64,000 bases of DNA from ANME-2 cluster archaeon (lineage in GTDB: Archaea > Halobacteriota > Methanosarcinia > Methanosarcinales > Methanocomedenaceae), in assembly GCA_014237145.1 (NCBI GenBank), contig JAAXOC010000089.1:6324-70323 (forward strand). Reading direction: 5' to 3'. Numbering within the stretch: position 1 is the stretch's first letter; each line of letters opens with the position of its first letter. Of the stretch, positions 1 to 8,431 are shown piece by piece. The position numbers and the translations under genes are program-made. The notes under the pieces are model-generated. The model was not told where the DNA came from. It did no database searches and was given only the letters and a program-made list of their open reading frames with translations.

Positions 1-1088
1 CCGATAGCAGAATACCAGTCTGCGCCGTTGTTAATGATCAGGGGAATGTTGGCCCAGGTTTCCACATTGTTGAGACTGGACGGGCGGTCCCAGAGTCCCT
101 TATCTGATGTGTGGATGTACTTGGCTCTTGGCTCACCAGGCTTTCCTTCCAGTGAGGCCATAAGTGCAGTGGATTCACCGCATACGAACGCGCCGCCGCC
201 ACGGTTGACCTTCAGGTCGAAATTGAATCCTGAACCCAGTATATTATCTCCCAGCAGACCTGCTTCACGTGCCTGCTTAATTGCCAGGTTGATGTTCTTT
301 AGCGCCAGTGGATATTCGTTCCTGACATAGACATACCCTTCATTGGAGCCAATGGCATAAGCGCCGATGATCATTCCTTCCAGCACACTGTGTGGATTCC
401 CTTCCAGGATACTGCGGTCCATAAAGGCTCCCGGATCGCCCTCATCTGCATTGCAGATGACATATTTGATATCACCCTGTGCATTACGGGTGGACTCCCA
501 TTTTCGTCCGGTTGGAAAACCTCCTCCACCACGGCCCCTTATGCCAGAATTCTTAATTTCATCAACCACATCCATGGGCTGCATTCCACCCAGCACCTTT
601 GCAAGGGCAGAATAACCTCCGATGGCGATATAATCCTCTATGCTGTGGGGGTCTATCTTGCTGTTATTGCCAAGAATCAGCCGCATCTGTTTTTTATAGA
701 ACGGAACTTCGCCTTCAGTCTCAACAAGCTGTCCTGCTTTGTCATCAGTATATAGCAACCTGTCAACGGTCTTGTTGTTGATAATCGTCTCCTCGATTAT
801 TTCAGGAATATCATCTATGGACAATCCCTGGTAGAAAATCTCTTGTGGATAGATCAATGCTATGGGTCCGCATTCACAAAAACCATGGCATCCTGTCGTC
901 CTGACATCCACCTTGTCGGTCAGGCCTTTTGCTGCTATCTCGTTAACAAATGCATCCCTCACTTCCAGACATTGATTTGCCAGACAGCCCGGGCCGCCGC
1001 AAACAGCAATGCAGGGCTTATCCAGGTCCTTCCCGGCCAGTATCTCACTGCGAATGGCTTCCAGTTCATTTACCGATGTTACTTTCAA
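1..1088 (-). CDS. NuoF/HoxF-like NAD(H)- and FMN-binding flavoprotein subunit with an N-terminal thioredoxin-like [2Fe-2S] domain; 3' end cut by the window edge
   Basis: Absent from the ORF track because it runs off the window. My reverse-strand translation from TTG at 1088 (GGTGA a few nt upstream) stays open to position 1. It reads CIAVCGGPGCLANQC...TTGCHGFCECGP, GRGGGGFPTGRKW, ICNADEGDPGAFMDR and GGGAFVCGESTAL. Confidence 0.8.
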   Translation of the reverse strand, partial: MKVTSVNELEAIRSEILAGKDLDKPCIAVCGGPGCLANQCLEVRDAFVNEIAAKGLTDKVDVRTTGCHGFCECGPIALIYPQEIFYQGLSIDDIPEIIEETIINNKTVDRLLYTDDKAGQLVETEGEVPFYKKQMRLILGNNSKIDPHSIEDYIAIGGYSALAKVLGGMQPMDVVDEIKNSGIRGRGGGGFPTGRKWESTRNAQGDIKYVICNADEGDPGAFMDRSILEGNPHSVLEGMIIGAYAIGSNEGYVYVRNEYPLALKNINLAIKQAREAGLLGDNILGSGFNFDLKVNRGGGAFVCGESTALMASLEGKPGEPRAKYIHTSDKGLWDRPSSLNNVETWANIPLIINNGADWYSAI

Positions 1089-1105
1089 TTAATTCACCTT
1101 CAGAC

Positions 1106-1561
1106 CTATTTACTGTTTAACAGACTCTCGACCTTGATGGGTGTCATCTCCCCATGGTATTCTTCGTTCTCCACAACCACCGGACCAAGGGCACAGGCAC
1201 CTACACAGTTAACGGTCTCAAGTGTATACTCGCCGTCGGCTGTGGTATCACCTGCCTTGATCTCCAGTTTTCGCTCCAGTTCTTCCAGCACTTTTTTCGA
1301 ACCCCTGACATGGCAGGCAGTACCCATGCATACGTGTATCTGCTGCTTGCCTTTGGGTTTTAGGCTGAACGCCTTGAAAAAAGTAGCCACGCCGAAGACC
1401 TGGACCCTGGAGATATCCAATCTCTGAGCCACATATTCCAGTGACTCTTCAGGCAGGTAATTGTACTTTGCCTGGATGTCCTGTAATATGGATATCAGCG
1501 AACCTGGTTCGGCATTATACTCATCTATTATTGAATCCAGTTTGGATTCGTTAGCAGTCAT
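1106..1561 (-). CDS. NuoE/HoxE-like thioredoxin-like [2Fe-2S] ferredoxin subunit
   Basis: 151 aa. Cys pattern HVCMGTACHVRG...VNCVGACALGP is typical of the 24-kDa subunit family. It lies directly upstream of the NuoF-like gene on the same strand. Confidence 0.85.
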   Translation of the reverse strand: MTANESKLDSIIDEYNAEPGSLISILQDIQAKYNYLPEESLEYVAQRLDISRVQVFGVATFFKAFSLKPKGKQQIHVCMGTACHVRGSKKVLEELERKLEIKAGDTTADGEYTLETVNCVGACALGPVVVENEEYHGEMTPIKVESLLNSK

Positions 1562-2200
1562 CTGATTCCTCCTGTTTCATTTTATTTTCCTTACTATAAT
1601 TTCTTACTATAATTTGGTTATCGGATATTGCAAAAAGCAATAGAATGTTCCATACTAAATAATTGAAAAAAAATAGGTTGGTATCTATTGCAAATAACCT
1701 GATCTACATAGTGTGGCTCGATATGGATAAGATATCACCTTGTATAGTTATGCCAATACGGATATAGTCAGCCATTTACTGACCATATCTTATTTAAATA
1801 TAACCTTTTTTCAGATGTTAGGAAAAGGATAGCCTATGTCTAAAAGTAATATTAAAATTTATCTACACAAGACTTAACTGTAAAAATGGTATAGGCAATT
1901 TACTTCTTTTAATTAATATTAGTAGTTTACTAATTTGAACGATAATAATATATATCATAACACTATAGTCTGATGTCGGCTACCTATTAATGACTAACAA
2001 AAAATTCATGGAAATTCCTGATAATACCAAAAAATTGCAGCCCTTCAACAGAATACAGGTTTCATTAAAAATGTGCCAACATTTGCCAATATATAAGGCT
2101 AATTGGATCAATAACCTTAGATCTGGGTTGAGTGGGTTAGGCAGGGAATTTTATCATGATCAGCCAAGCCCGTAAAAAATAATAAGCAGGAGGCAAAATC

Positions 2201-3790
2201 GTGAATCTTAGAACACCAAACGCAAATGAAGCTACCGGGACATCCAACCGTTCCAGGAACGTGGCACCGGTATCAGGAATATGTACCCGCTGTGTGGACG
2301 GGTGCAGAGGCAACTGTGAGATATTCAAGGCAACATTTCGGGGCAGGGAAGTATTGTATCCCGGACCCTTTGGCGAGAGCACTTCAGGAGCAGACAAGAA
2401 CTATCCGATCGACTATTCACATGTGAACATCCAGGGATATGCAGTGGGAGCATTCGGCCTGCCCGAAGGCGTAGAGCCGGGACCGGATACTGCAATATTC
2501 CCCAACGTGGATACTGAGACAGAATATGGCTGGGACCAAAAGGTCAAGCTGAAAGTGCCCATCTTCACAGGAGCCTTGGGTTCCACAGAGATCGCACGTA
2601 AGAACTGGGAACATTTCGCAGTGGGTGCAGCCATATCAGGCATCACCCTGGTCTGCGGCGAGAACGTCTGCGGTATTGATCCTGAACTGGAACTAAACGC
2701 TGAGGGCAAGATCAGCAAATCACCTGAGATGGACCGCAGGATCGAGACTTACAATAAGTACCACGAGGGATTCGGCGAGATACTTGTCCAGATGAATGTA
2801 GAGGACACCCGCCTGGGTGTGGCCGAGTATGTGGGCAGTAAGCACAACCTGGAAACCATTGAACTGAAATGGGGCCAGGGTGCAAAGTGTATCGGCGGCG
2901 AGATCAAGGTAAAGGAAATCGAAAGGGCTGTTGAACTGAAGAAAAGGGGATACGTAGTTACTCCTGACCCCGAAGCACACGATATCAGGGAAGCATATAA
3001 GATCGGTGCCATACGCGAGTTCGAGAGGCACTCCCGCCTGGGATTTGTCACAAAGGAAGATTTCATGGCAGAGATCGACAGGCTGCGAGACCTGGGATTC
3101 AAGCGCATCACTCTGAAGACTGGAGCATACCCGATGGTGGAGACTGCCATGGCCATGGCTTACAGTTCAGAAGCAAAGATCGATCTGCTCACCTTTGACG
3201 GTGCACCGGGCGGTACCGGCATGAGCCCGTGGCCTATGATGAACGAATGGGGCACACCCACATTCTACCTCCAGAGCCAGGTTTACGAGTTTGCAGAGAA
3301 GTTAAAGGCACAGGGTAAGAGAGTACCTGATCTTGCAATGGCTGGCGGTTTTTCAAGCGAGGACGGCGTATTCAAGGCCATTGCAATGGGCGCACCTGAT
3401 GTGAAGGCAGTCTGCATGGGTCGCGGACTGATGATACCGGGCATGGTGGGTAAGAACATCGCCAAATGGATCGAGGAGGACGACCTGCCCAAGACGGTGT
3501 CCCAGTACGGGCGCAGGGTCGAAGAGATATTTGTCCATTATGAGGAACTTGTTGACAGGTTCGGCAGCGATGTGAAGGACATACCGCTGGGAGCCCTGGG
3601 TATCTACAGTTACTGCCAGAAGACCAGGACCGGACTACAGCAGTTGATGGCTGGCAGCAGGAACTTTAACCTGTCCACCATTTCCAGGAAAGACGTTATG
3701 TGCCTGACCGAAGAGGCTGCAAAGGTCTCGGGTATTCCGTACGTGATGAATGCATACAGGGAAGAAGCAGAAGCCATCCTGAACCAGTAG
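2201..3790 (+). CDS. Glutamate synthase domain-2-like FMN protein (archaeal GltB-related)
   Basis: 529 aa, GTG start preceded by AGGAGG. N-terminal Cys cluster CTRCVDGCRGNC. Also KWGQGAKCIGGEIK and FDGAPGGTGMSP segments, as in the GltB FMN domain. Confidence 0.75.
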   Translation: MNLRTPNANEATGTSNRSRNVAPVSGICTRCVDGCRGNCEIFKATFRGREVLYPGPFGESTSGADKNYPIDYSHVNIQGYAVGAFGLPEGVEPGPDTAIFPNVDTETEYGWDQKVKLKVPIFTGALGSTEIARKNWEHFAVGAAISGITLVCGENVCGIDPELELNAEGKISKSPEMDRRIETYNKYHEGFGEILVQMNVEDTRLGVAEYVGSKHNLETIELKWGQGAKCIGGEIKVKEIERAVELKKRGYVVTPDPEAHDIREAYKIGAIREFERHSRLGFVTKEDFMAEIDRLRDLGFKRITLKTGAYPMVETAMAMAYSSEAKIDLLTFDGAPGGTGMSPWPMMNEWGTPTFYLQSQVYEFAEKLKAQGKRVPDLAMAGGFSSEDGVFKAIAMGAPDVKAVCMGRGLMIPGMVGKNIAKWIEEDDLPKTVSQYGRRVEEIFVHYEELVDRFGSDVKDIPLGALGIYSYCQKTRTGLQQLMAGSRNFNLSTISRKDVMCLTEEAAKVSGIPYVMNAYREEAEAILNQ

Positions 3791-3840
3791 GATTTCTACT
3801 GGTTTATTTTTTTCTTTTGGAAATATTGTTATATATATTT

Positions 3841-4458
3841 TTACATATTTTTAAGTTTTTCGTAGAGTTCGTTGACATTGAGAAGGAAAATATCATTAGC
3901 ACTTTTGATCAGTTCTTGGGAACACTTAGCTTGAGTAAAAACCTTTCCCTCACCTAACTCGATCCAAAATGGAGGTACGCTTTTCATTTCGTGAACCATG
4001 CCACCCGACATATCAGGCGCTGCATATAAAACTTTGTTGACCATTGAAGTTATTAGCCGTACCAAACACATGGGACAAGGTTCTAGGGACGAATACAGTT
4101 GGTAGCCTTCCAGTTCAGTGAGATCTTGGTGAGTGTCTTCAAACTTATCCATAACCACCATTTCAGCATGTCGATCACTACGAAAATATGGATTGAAAAT
4201 TTCGTTGTGACCTTGAACAACCACATTTCCACTCCCATCTATCAAAACACATCCAACGCCAAAATTACCATCGTTCACAGCCCTCAATGCCAGCACATTC
4301 GTAAGCCATATGTAAATATCATCTGTGTATTCGTGATTGAATTGATAATCCATTAGCTGACTTTTCCATTTTTCAATTCGGTCGGTCGTTGGATCGATTT
4401 GCGCAAGTTCATTTAACCCTGATTCGATGATCTGTTCATCAGTCATTGTAAAACCCAT
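3841..4458 (-). CDS. CMP/dCMP-type zinc deaminase family protein (nucleoside, nucleotide or tRNA deaminase-like)
   Basis: 205 aa with the zinc motifs DRHAEM and EPCPMC. Confidence 0.7.
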   Translation of the reverse strand: MGFTMTDEQIIESGLNELAQIDPTTDRIEKWKSQLMDYQFNHEYTDDIYIWLTNVLALRAVNDGNFGVGCVLIDGSGNVVVQGHNEIFNPYFRSDRHAEMVVMDKFEDTHQDLTELEGYQLYSSLEPCPMCLVRLITSMVNKVLYAAPDMSGGMVHEMKSVPPFWIELGEGKVFTQAKCSQELIKSANDIFLLNVNELYEKLKNM

Positions 4459-4707
4459 CCCATGTAATCATGTGTAACAACACCTTTGACAAATCTGTTG
4501 TGCAAATAATATAGTTTTTATGATATAAATCATACCCTGACGTTATAAAAATCTTACGATTCACCACTTATTAACTAAACATTTACATCTCGGCCAAATG
4601 ACCCATAATATAAACCGAAGACACTTTGTTATAAAAAGTTGTAATATGTCTTTCAGATAAAATTTACAGCAAATTTGCCAGTTGGAATAAAGGAGAACTA
4701 CACTAAT

Positions 4708-6060
4708 ATGAAAGCCACAAAAATCGTGATCATCGGTCTTGGCGTAAGCGGCTTTATCGCCGCAAAGACTGCAAAGAAAGTAAATCCCGATGTGCAGATA
4801 ACGATAATCGACCAGAAGGAGTATGACATGTTTTCGCCATGCGGGCTGCCTTTTGTGATGGAGGGTGTAATCGATGAGTTCGATGAACTCATACACAGCC
4901 TCCCGCTGGAAAAAATGAACATGGTCAAACTTTTGAAGCACAGGGCAGTGTCCATCGATTCCGGGAACAAGTTCGTAACTGCTGTGGATATTGAAACAAG
5001 CGAAGAAAAAACCATTCCCTACGATTCGGTAATAATCGCAACAGGATGTTTTCCATTCATACCTCCGATCCCGGGTGCACATGAACTGTTGAATAAGGGA
5101 GTCTTTGTGGTAAGCAACCCCGAAAATGCAAAACAGATCGTTGATTACTCAAAGGACATATCCTGTGCCGTTGTAGTCGGCGCGGGTGCGATCGGTCTTG
5201 AAACTGCTGCCGCAATTGCAGCACATAATATTGATTTGACAGTTGTGGAGATGCTGTCCCATGCATTCCCGCGAGCGATCGACCCTGATATTGCAAAAGT
5301 CCTAGAGAGATCACTGAAGAAATCCGGCATCAAGCTCATGATGAGCGCCACTGTTGAGAAGGTTTCAGGTAATGATGGGGTAACATCTGTAACTGTAAAT
5401 GGTAAAAGCATCCCTGCTGATATGGTTATCATGGCATCCGGTGTACGTGCCAGCTGGGACCTGGCAAAGGATGTGGGATGCGAACCTGGAAACTGGGGTA
5501 TTAAGACAAATGCAAAAATGGAGACCAGCATTGCCGGGATATACGCAGCAGGTGACTGTGTAGAGACCGTAAGCCCGATAAACCACAAACCATGGATGTC
5601 ACAGCTTGCAACAACTGCATACCGCCAGGGGATCGCGGCAGGAGCGAATGCGGCTGGCGGATATGAGACGTACGACGGGTCTCTTACGACCTTTGTTTCA
5701 GTCGTTGGTTCGATGGAAATTGCAGCAACCGGTTTTAACCAGTTCTTTGCCAAATCCGCGGGATATGAGGTTGTCGCCGGAAAGGCAAGCGGCTTAACCA
5801 GACCTGAGTGGTATCCAGGGGCAAAGGAAATCACAGTCAAGGTCCTGGCAGATGCCAGAACAGCAAGGATAATAGGCGGTCAGGCAGTCGGTGAAGAAGG
5901 CGCAGCATCGCGGGTGAATTTGATATCGCTTGCGATCAAAGGTAATATGGACCTGCACGACCTCTATGGCGCAGAATTTGCATACTGTCCTGCTGTGTCT
6001 GAGACCTATGATCCTTTGTCAAAGGCATGTGAGTTCGCTATACGCAAGATGAAGAAATAG
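4708..6060 (+). CDS. Pyridine nucleotide-disulfide oxidoreductase, CoA-disulfide reductase/NADH oxidase class
   Basis: The ORF track starts at TTG 4675. I prefer ATG 4708 (MKATKIVIIGLGVSG), which is preceded by AAGGAG. FAD GxGxxG motif, single redox Cys in FSPCGLPF, second Rossmann motif VVVGAGAIGLE. Confidence 0.8.
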   Translation: MKATKIVIIGLGVSGFIAAKTAKKVNPDVQITIIDQKEYDMFSPCGLPFVMEGVIDEFDELIHSLPLEKMNMVKLLKHRAVSIDSGNKFVTAVDIETSEEKTIPYDSVIIATGCFPFIPPIPGAHELLNKGVFVVSNPENAKQIVDYSKDISCAVVVGAGAIGLETAAAIAAHNIDLTVVEMLSHAFPRAIDPDIAKVLERSLKKSGIKLMMSATVEKVSGNDGVTSVTVNGKSIPADMVIMASGVRASWDLAKDVGCEPGNWGIKTNAKMETSIAGIYAAGDCVETVSPINHKPWMSQLATTAYRQGIAAGANAAGGYETYDGSLTTFVSVVGSMEIAATGFNQFFAKSAGYEVVAGKASGLTRPEWYPGAKEITVKVLADARTARIIGGQAVGEEGAASRVNLISLAIKGNMDLHDLYGAEFAYCPAVSETYDPLSKACEFAIRKMKK

Positions 6061-6068
6061 ATATTTCT

Positions 6069-6348
6069 TCTAGTGTCAAGTCAACAATACAATATCGCTA
6101 GATATATTATCTGACACTGTTCCATTTCCCAGTTATTTTTAAGACGCAGATTTACACTGATTTACGCAGATTTAAGGTTGCATCTGAGTAACCTGCACGC
6201 CCTTAAGGCGTAGCAGGCATTCACTTCCCGCGGAAGTGAATGTATCAGTGTAAATCTGAGTCTAATATTATTATTGAAATAATTTGATTTTAGAATTGTG
6301 CCCTATTCCCTTCATAATCTGACACTTTGATGTTGACTTGACACTAGA
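6069..6348. mobile_element. MITE-like non-coding element bounded by perfect 18-bp terminal inverted repeats
   Basis: TCTAGTGTCAAGTCAACA at 6069-6086 and its exact reverse complement at 6331-6348. Nested palindromes inside: CAGATTTACACTGAT 6147-6161 pairs with ATCAGTGTAAATCTG 6244-6258, and a central hairpin CATTCACTTCCCGCGGAAGTGAATG lies at 6218-6242. No ORF. Confidence 0.5.
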
Positions 6349-6402
6349 TAGTGTGGGCAAATTTACACGATTTAAGCTGTTGAGGATAAAATTATCTTTG
6401 CC

Positions 6403-6497
6403 TTCTTAGCGCCCTTTGCGGTGAATTAATCTAAACATCAATGAAGACGACTAAGTTTATCATATAACACCGCAAAGTCCGCAAATGGCGCGAAGAA
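6403..6497. repeat. Imperfect inverted repeat (word-repeat hairpin, TTTGCGG words)
   Basis: TTCTTAGCGCCCTTTGCGGTG at 6403-6423 pairs with the reverse complement of CACCGCAAAGTCCGCAAATGGCGCGAAGAA at 6468-6497. Confidence 0.5.
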
Positions 6498-6636
6498 TCC
6501 AATAGTTTGGCTATCATACCCACTCAATGTAAAAGAGAGCTAGAAATAGTCTTGTTCAGCCTCTGATAAAAAGATGGAATCGAGAATAAGAAACTTTGTT
6601 ATACTATTATCTACGTAAAATGAAACCGGTGATCAT

Positions 6637-7383
6637 ATGGAAAAATGGCGGGTCATTGATTTTGGAAAGGTTAACATAAGGTATATGATGGCAATGAACG
6701 AAGCCATCCTGAAATGCGATGAGGGAAACACCCTGATATTCTGGGACCCCACAAAATCCATCATCCTTGGGTATTTCCAGAAGGCTGATGTGGAACTAAA
6801 CCTTGAGCGGTGCAAGGATTACACGATCGTACGCCGCACAAGCGGCGGTGGTTTCGCGTATTCGGATGATCGGGGACGGCAGATCAACTATGGTGTTATC
6901 GGGACAATAGACGATAAACGGTTCCCGATCGATGTTACGGACTCGTACCATCAGATACTTGGCATGCTTATAGAGACCCTGCGCGAGTACGGCTTGAATG
7001 CGGCTTTCAGACCCATAAACGACATTGTTGTTGACGGCAAGAAGATATCTGGTAATGCGCAGACCAGATGGAGTGGAAAACTACTCCAGCATGGTACACT
7101 ACTACTGGATTTCGATATTAAGGAAATGCTTCGCCTCACAAATATCCCGCTTGAGAAGATAAGCGATAAACAGGTTGCCTCTATTGAGGAAGGGATGACA
7201 TGGATGGATAAGGAACTCCCTGAAAAAGTGGATATGAGAGAGGTCAAGAAAGTAATACGCCGCAAATTCGGGGAGATATTCGGTGTGGAACTGATCGATT
7301 CAAAACCAAGCGAGAGCGAGGTAAAGATGGCGCAGGAACTGTTACCTAAGTACGAATCAGAGAAATGGAACTACAGGCTGTAA
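6637..7383 (+). CDS. lplA: Lipoate-protein ligase A, catalytic (N-terminal) domain only
   Basis: 248 aa. RRTSGGGFAY motif, GKKISGNAQ (adenylate-binding Lys region), LQHGTLLLD, and a C-terminal KYESEKW end typical of the LplA catalytic domain. No fused C-terminal domain. Confidence 0.85.
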   Translation: MEKWRVIDFGKVNIRYMMAMNEAILKCDEGNTLIFWDPTKSIILGYFQKADVELNLERCKDYTIVRRTSGGGFAYSDDRGRQINYGVIGTIDDKRFPIDVTDSYHQILGMLIETLREYGLNAAFRPINDIVVDGKKISGNAQTRWSGKLLQHGTLLLDFDIKEMLRLTNIPLEKISDKQVASIEEGMTWMDKELPEKVDMREVKKVIRRKFGEIFGVELIDSKPSESEVKMAQELLPKYESEKWNYRL

Positions 7384-7495
7384 AGTAAATGAAGTAAAAA
7401 TAAAAAAGCAGTAGCTCTTTGGATTAGCTATTATTTCACAATAAAGTTCATGCATCAAGTGAATTGCTATAAAAAAACAAAGGAGATCTGCCTTA

Positions 7496-7912
7496 TCATC
7501 TTGATGCAAGATCTTCTTCAAACCACGGTTTAATATCATCCCCATGCACGAGTTTTTCCAGATCAGTCTCCATATCAGATGGCTCGATCACAATCAGCCA
7601 ACCTTCTTCATACGGGTCTTCTGCCATCTGTTCAAGGTCGTCTTCGATATCTTCGTTCACCTCAATAACCGTGCCACTAACAGGCATGGTAAGCCCGCCC
7701 ACCCATTTTGCGGATTCCAGTGACCCGAATGCTTCACCGGCTTCGAATTCATCATCTTCCACCGGAAGGTCGATAAACTCAATCGTTCCGACAGCGGTGG
7801 CGCCGAATGCATCCATTCCTGCTCTCACATTCCCGTCATCCTCAACCTTTGCCCAGACATGGTCTTTAGTATAATGAAGGTCATCAGGCATTTTGTATCC
7901 TTCGATCTCCAT
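7496..7912 (-). CDS. GcvH-like lipoyl-carrier protein 1
   Basis: 138 aa. YTKDHVWAKVEDDG start, then FGSLESAKWVGGLTMPVSGTVIEVNEDI...DPYEEGWL. The Lys sits at the canonical ESVKA position. Confidence 0.8.
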   Translation of the reverse strand: MEIEGYKMPDDLHYTKDHVWAKVEDDGNVRAGMDAFGATAVGTIEFIDLPVEDDEFEAGEAFGSLESAKWVGGLTMPVSGTVIEVNEDIEDDLEQMAEDPYEEGWLIVIEPSDMETDLEKLVHGDDIKPWFEEDLASR

Positions 7913-7969
7913 TGAATTATCCTCCTTTATCTATAGATAGATCATTGGTGTGTTTTCATATGTACGCAA

Positions 7970-8392
7970 TTAATATCCTGCATAGCGTTCCCGCTCTTTT
8001 GCTATCAATTCACCGTAATACGCAGCCGCATCACTGGCAGTCATCAAGCCGGTGCCCTCATGATCACCCTTGACCTCGACCATGACGATATTATATGGGT
8101 CGCTGTTAATAATGTTCGGGTCATCCCAGAGATCCTCATTGACGCTCACAACAGTAGACTCAAACGGAAGTGATATCTGCGATACAGCTTTGATTGTCTC
8201 ATATGCGATTATCAAGTCATCCTTCGGAATCACCTCGCCGACTTCAGGCAGGTCGATGTGTACGATCTCTTTTGAAAGCGACTGCCCAAGTTCTGTGATA
8301 CCGAGCTGAAACCTGTCCTCATGAGGCTTTACCCACACATGTGTTTTTAAATACAATCTATTTTCAGGGAACTCAAAATCTTCAACTTTCAT
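7970..8392 (-). CDS. GcvH-like lipoyl-carrier protein 2 (divergent paralog)
   Basis: 140 aa. YLKTHVWVKPHED, then AYETIKAVSQISLPFESTVVSVNEDLWDDPNIINSDPY. A candidate lipoyl-Lys is present. Confidence 0.7.
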   Translation of the reverse strand: MKVEDFEFPENRLYLKTHVWVKPHEDRFQLGITELGQSLSKEIVHIDLPEVGEVIPKDDLIIAYETIKAVSQISLPFESTVVSVNEDLWDDPNIINSDPYNIVMVEVKGDHEGTGLMTASDAAAYYGELIAKERERYAGY

Positions 8393-8431
8393 GAATTAGC
8401 CTCTTGCTTTTCTCTTTTACTTACTACACCA

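Noticed and set aside
28-1427. Plus-strand ORFs from the track (28..330, 367..615, 390..755, 599..781, 843..1427)
   Set aside because: They lie antisense to an uninterrupted reverse-strand frame with clear NuoF motifs. They have low-complexity, motif-free sequences, so they are shadow ORFs.
5145-5840. 231-aa minus-strand ORF inside the oxidoreductase gene, and similar cases at 25322..25969, 43016..43642, 45096..45674, 44761..45375, 42581..43015 and 50274..50834
   Set aside because: Each overlaps a motif-supported gene on the opposite strand and shows biased, motif-free composition.
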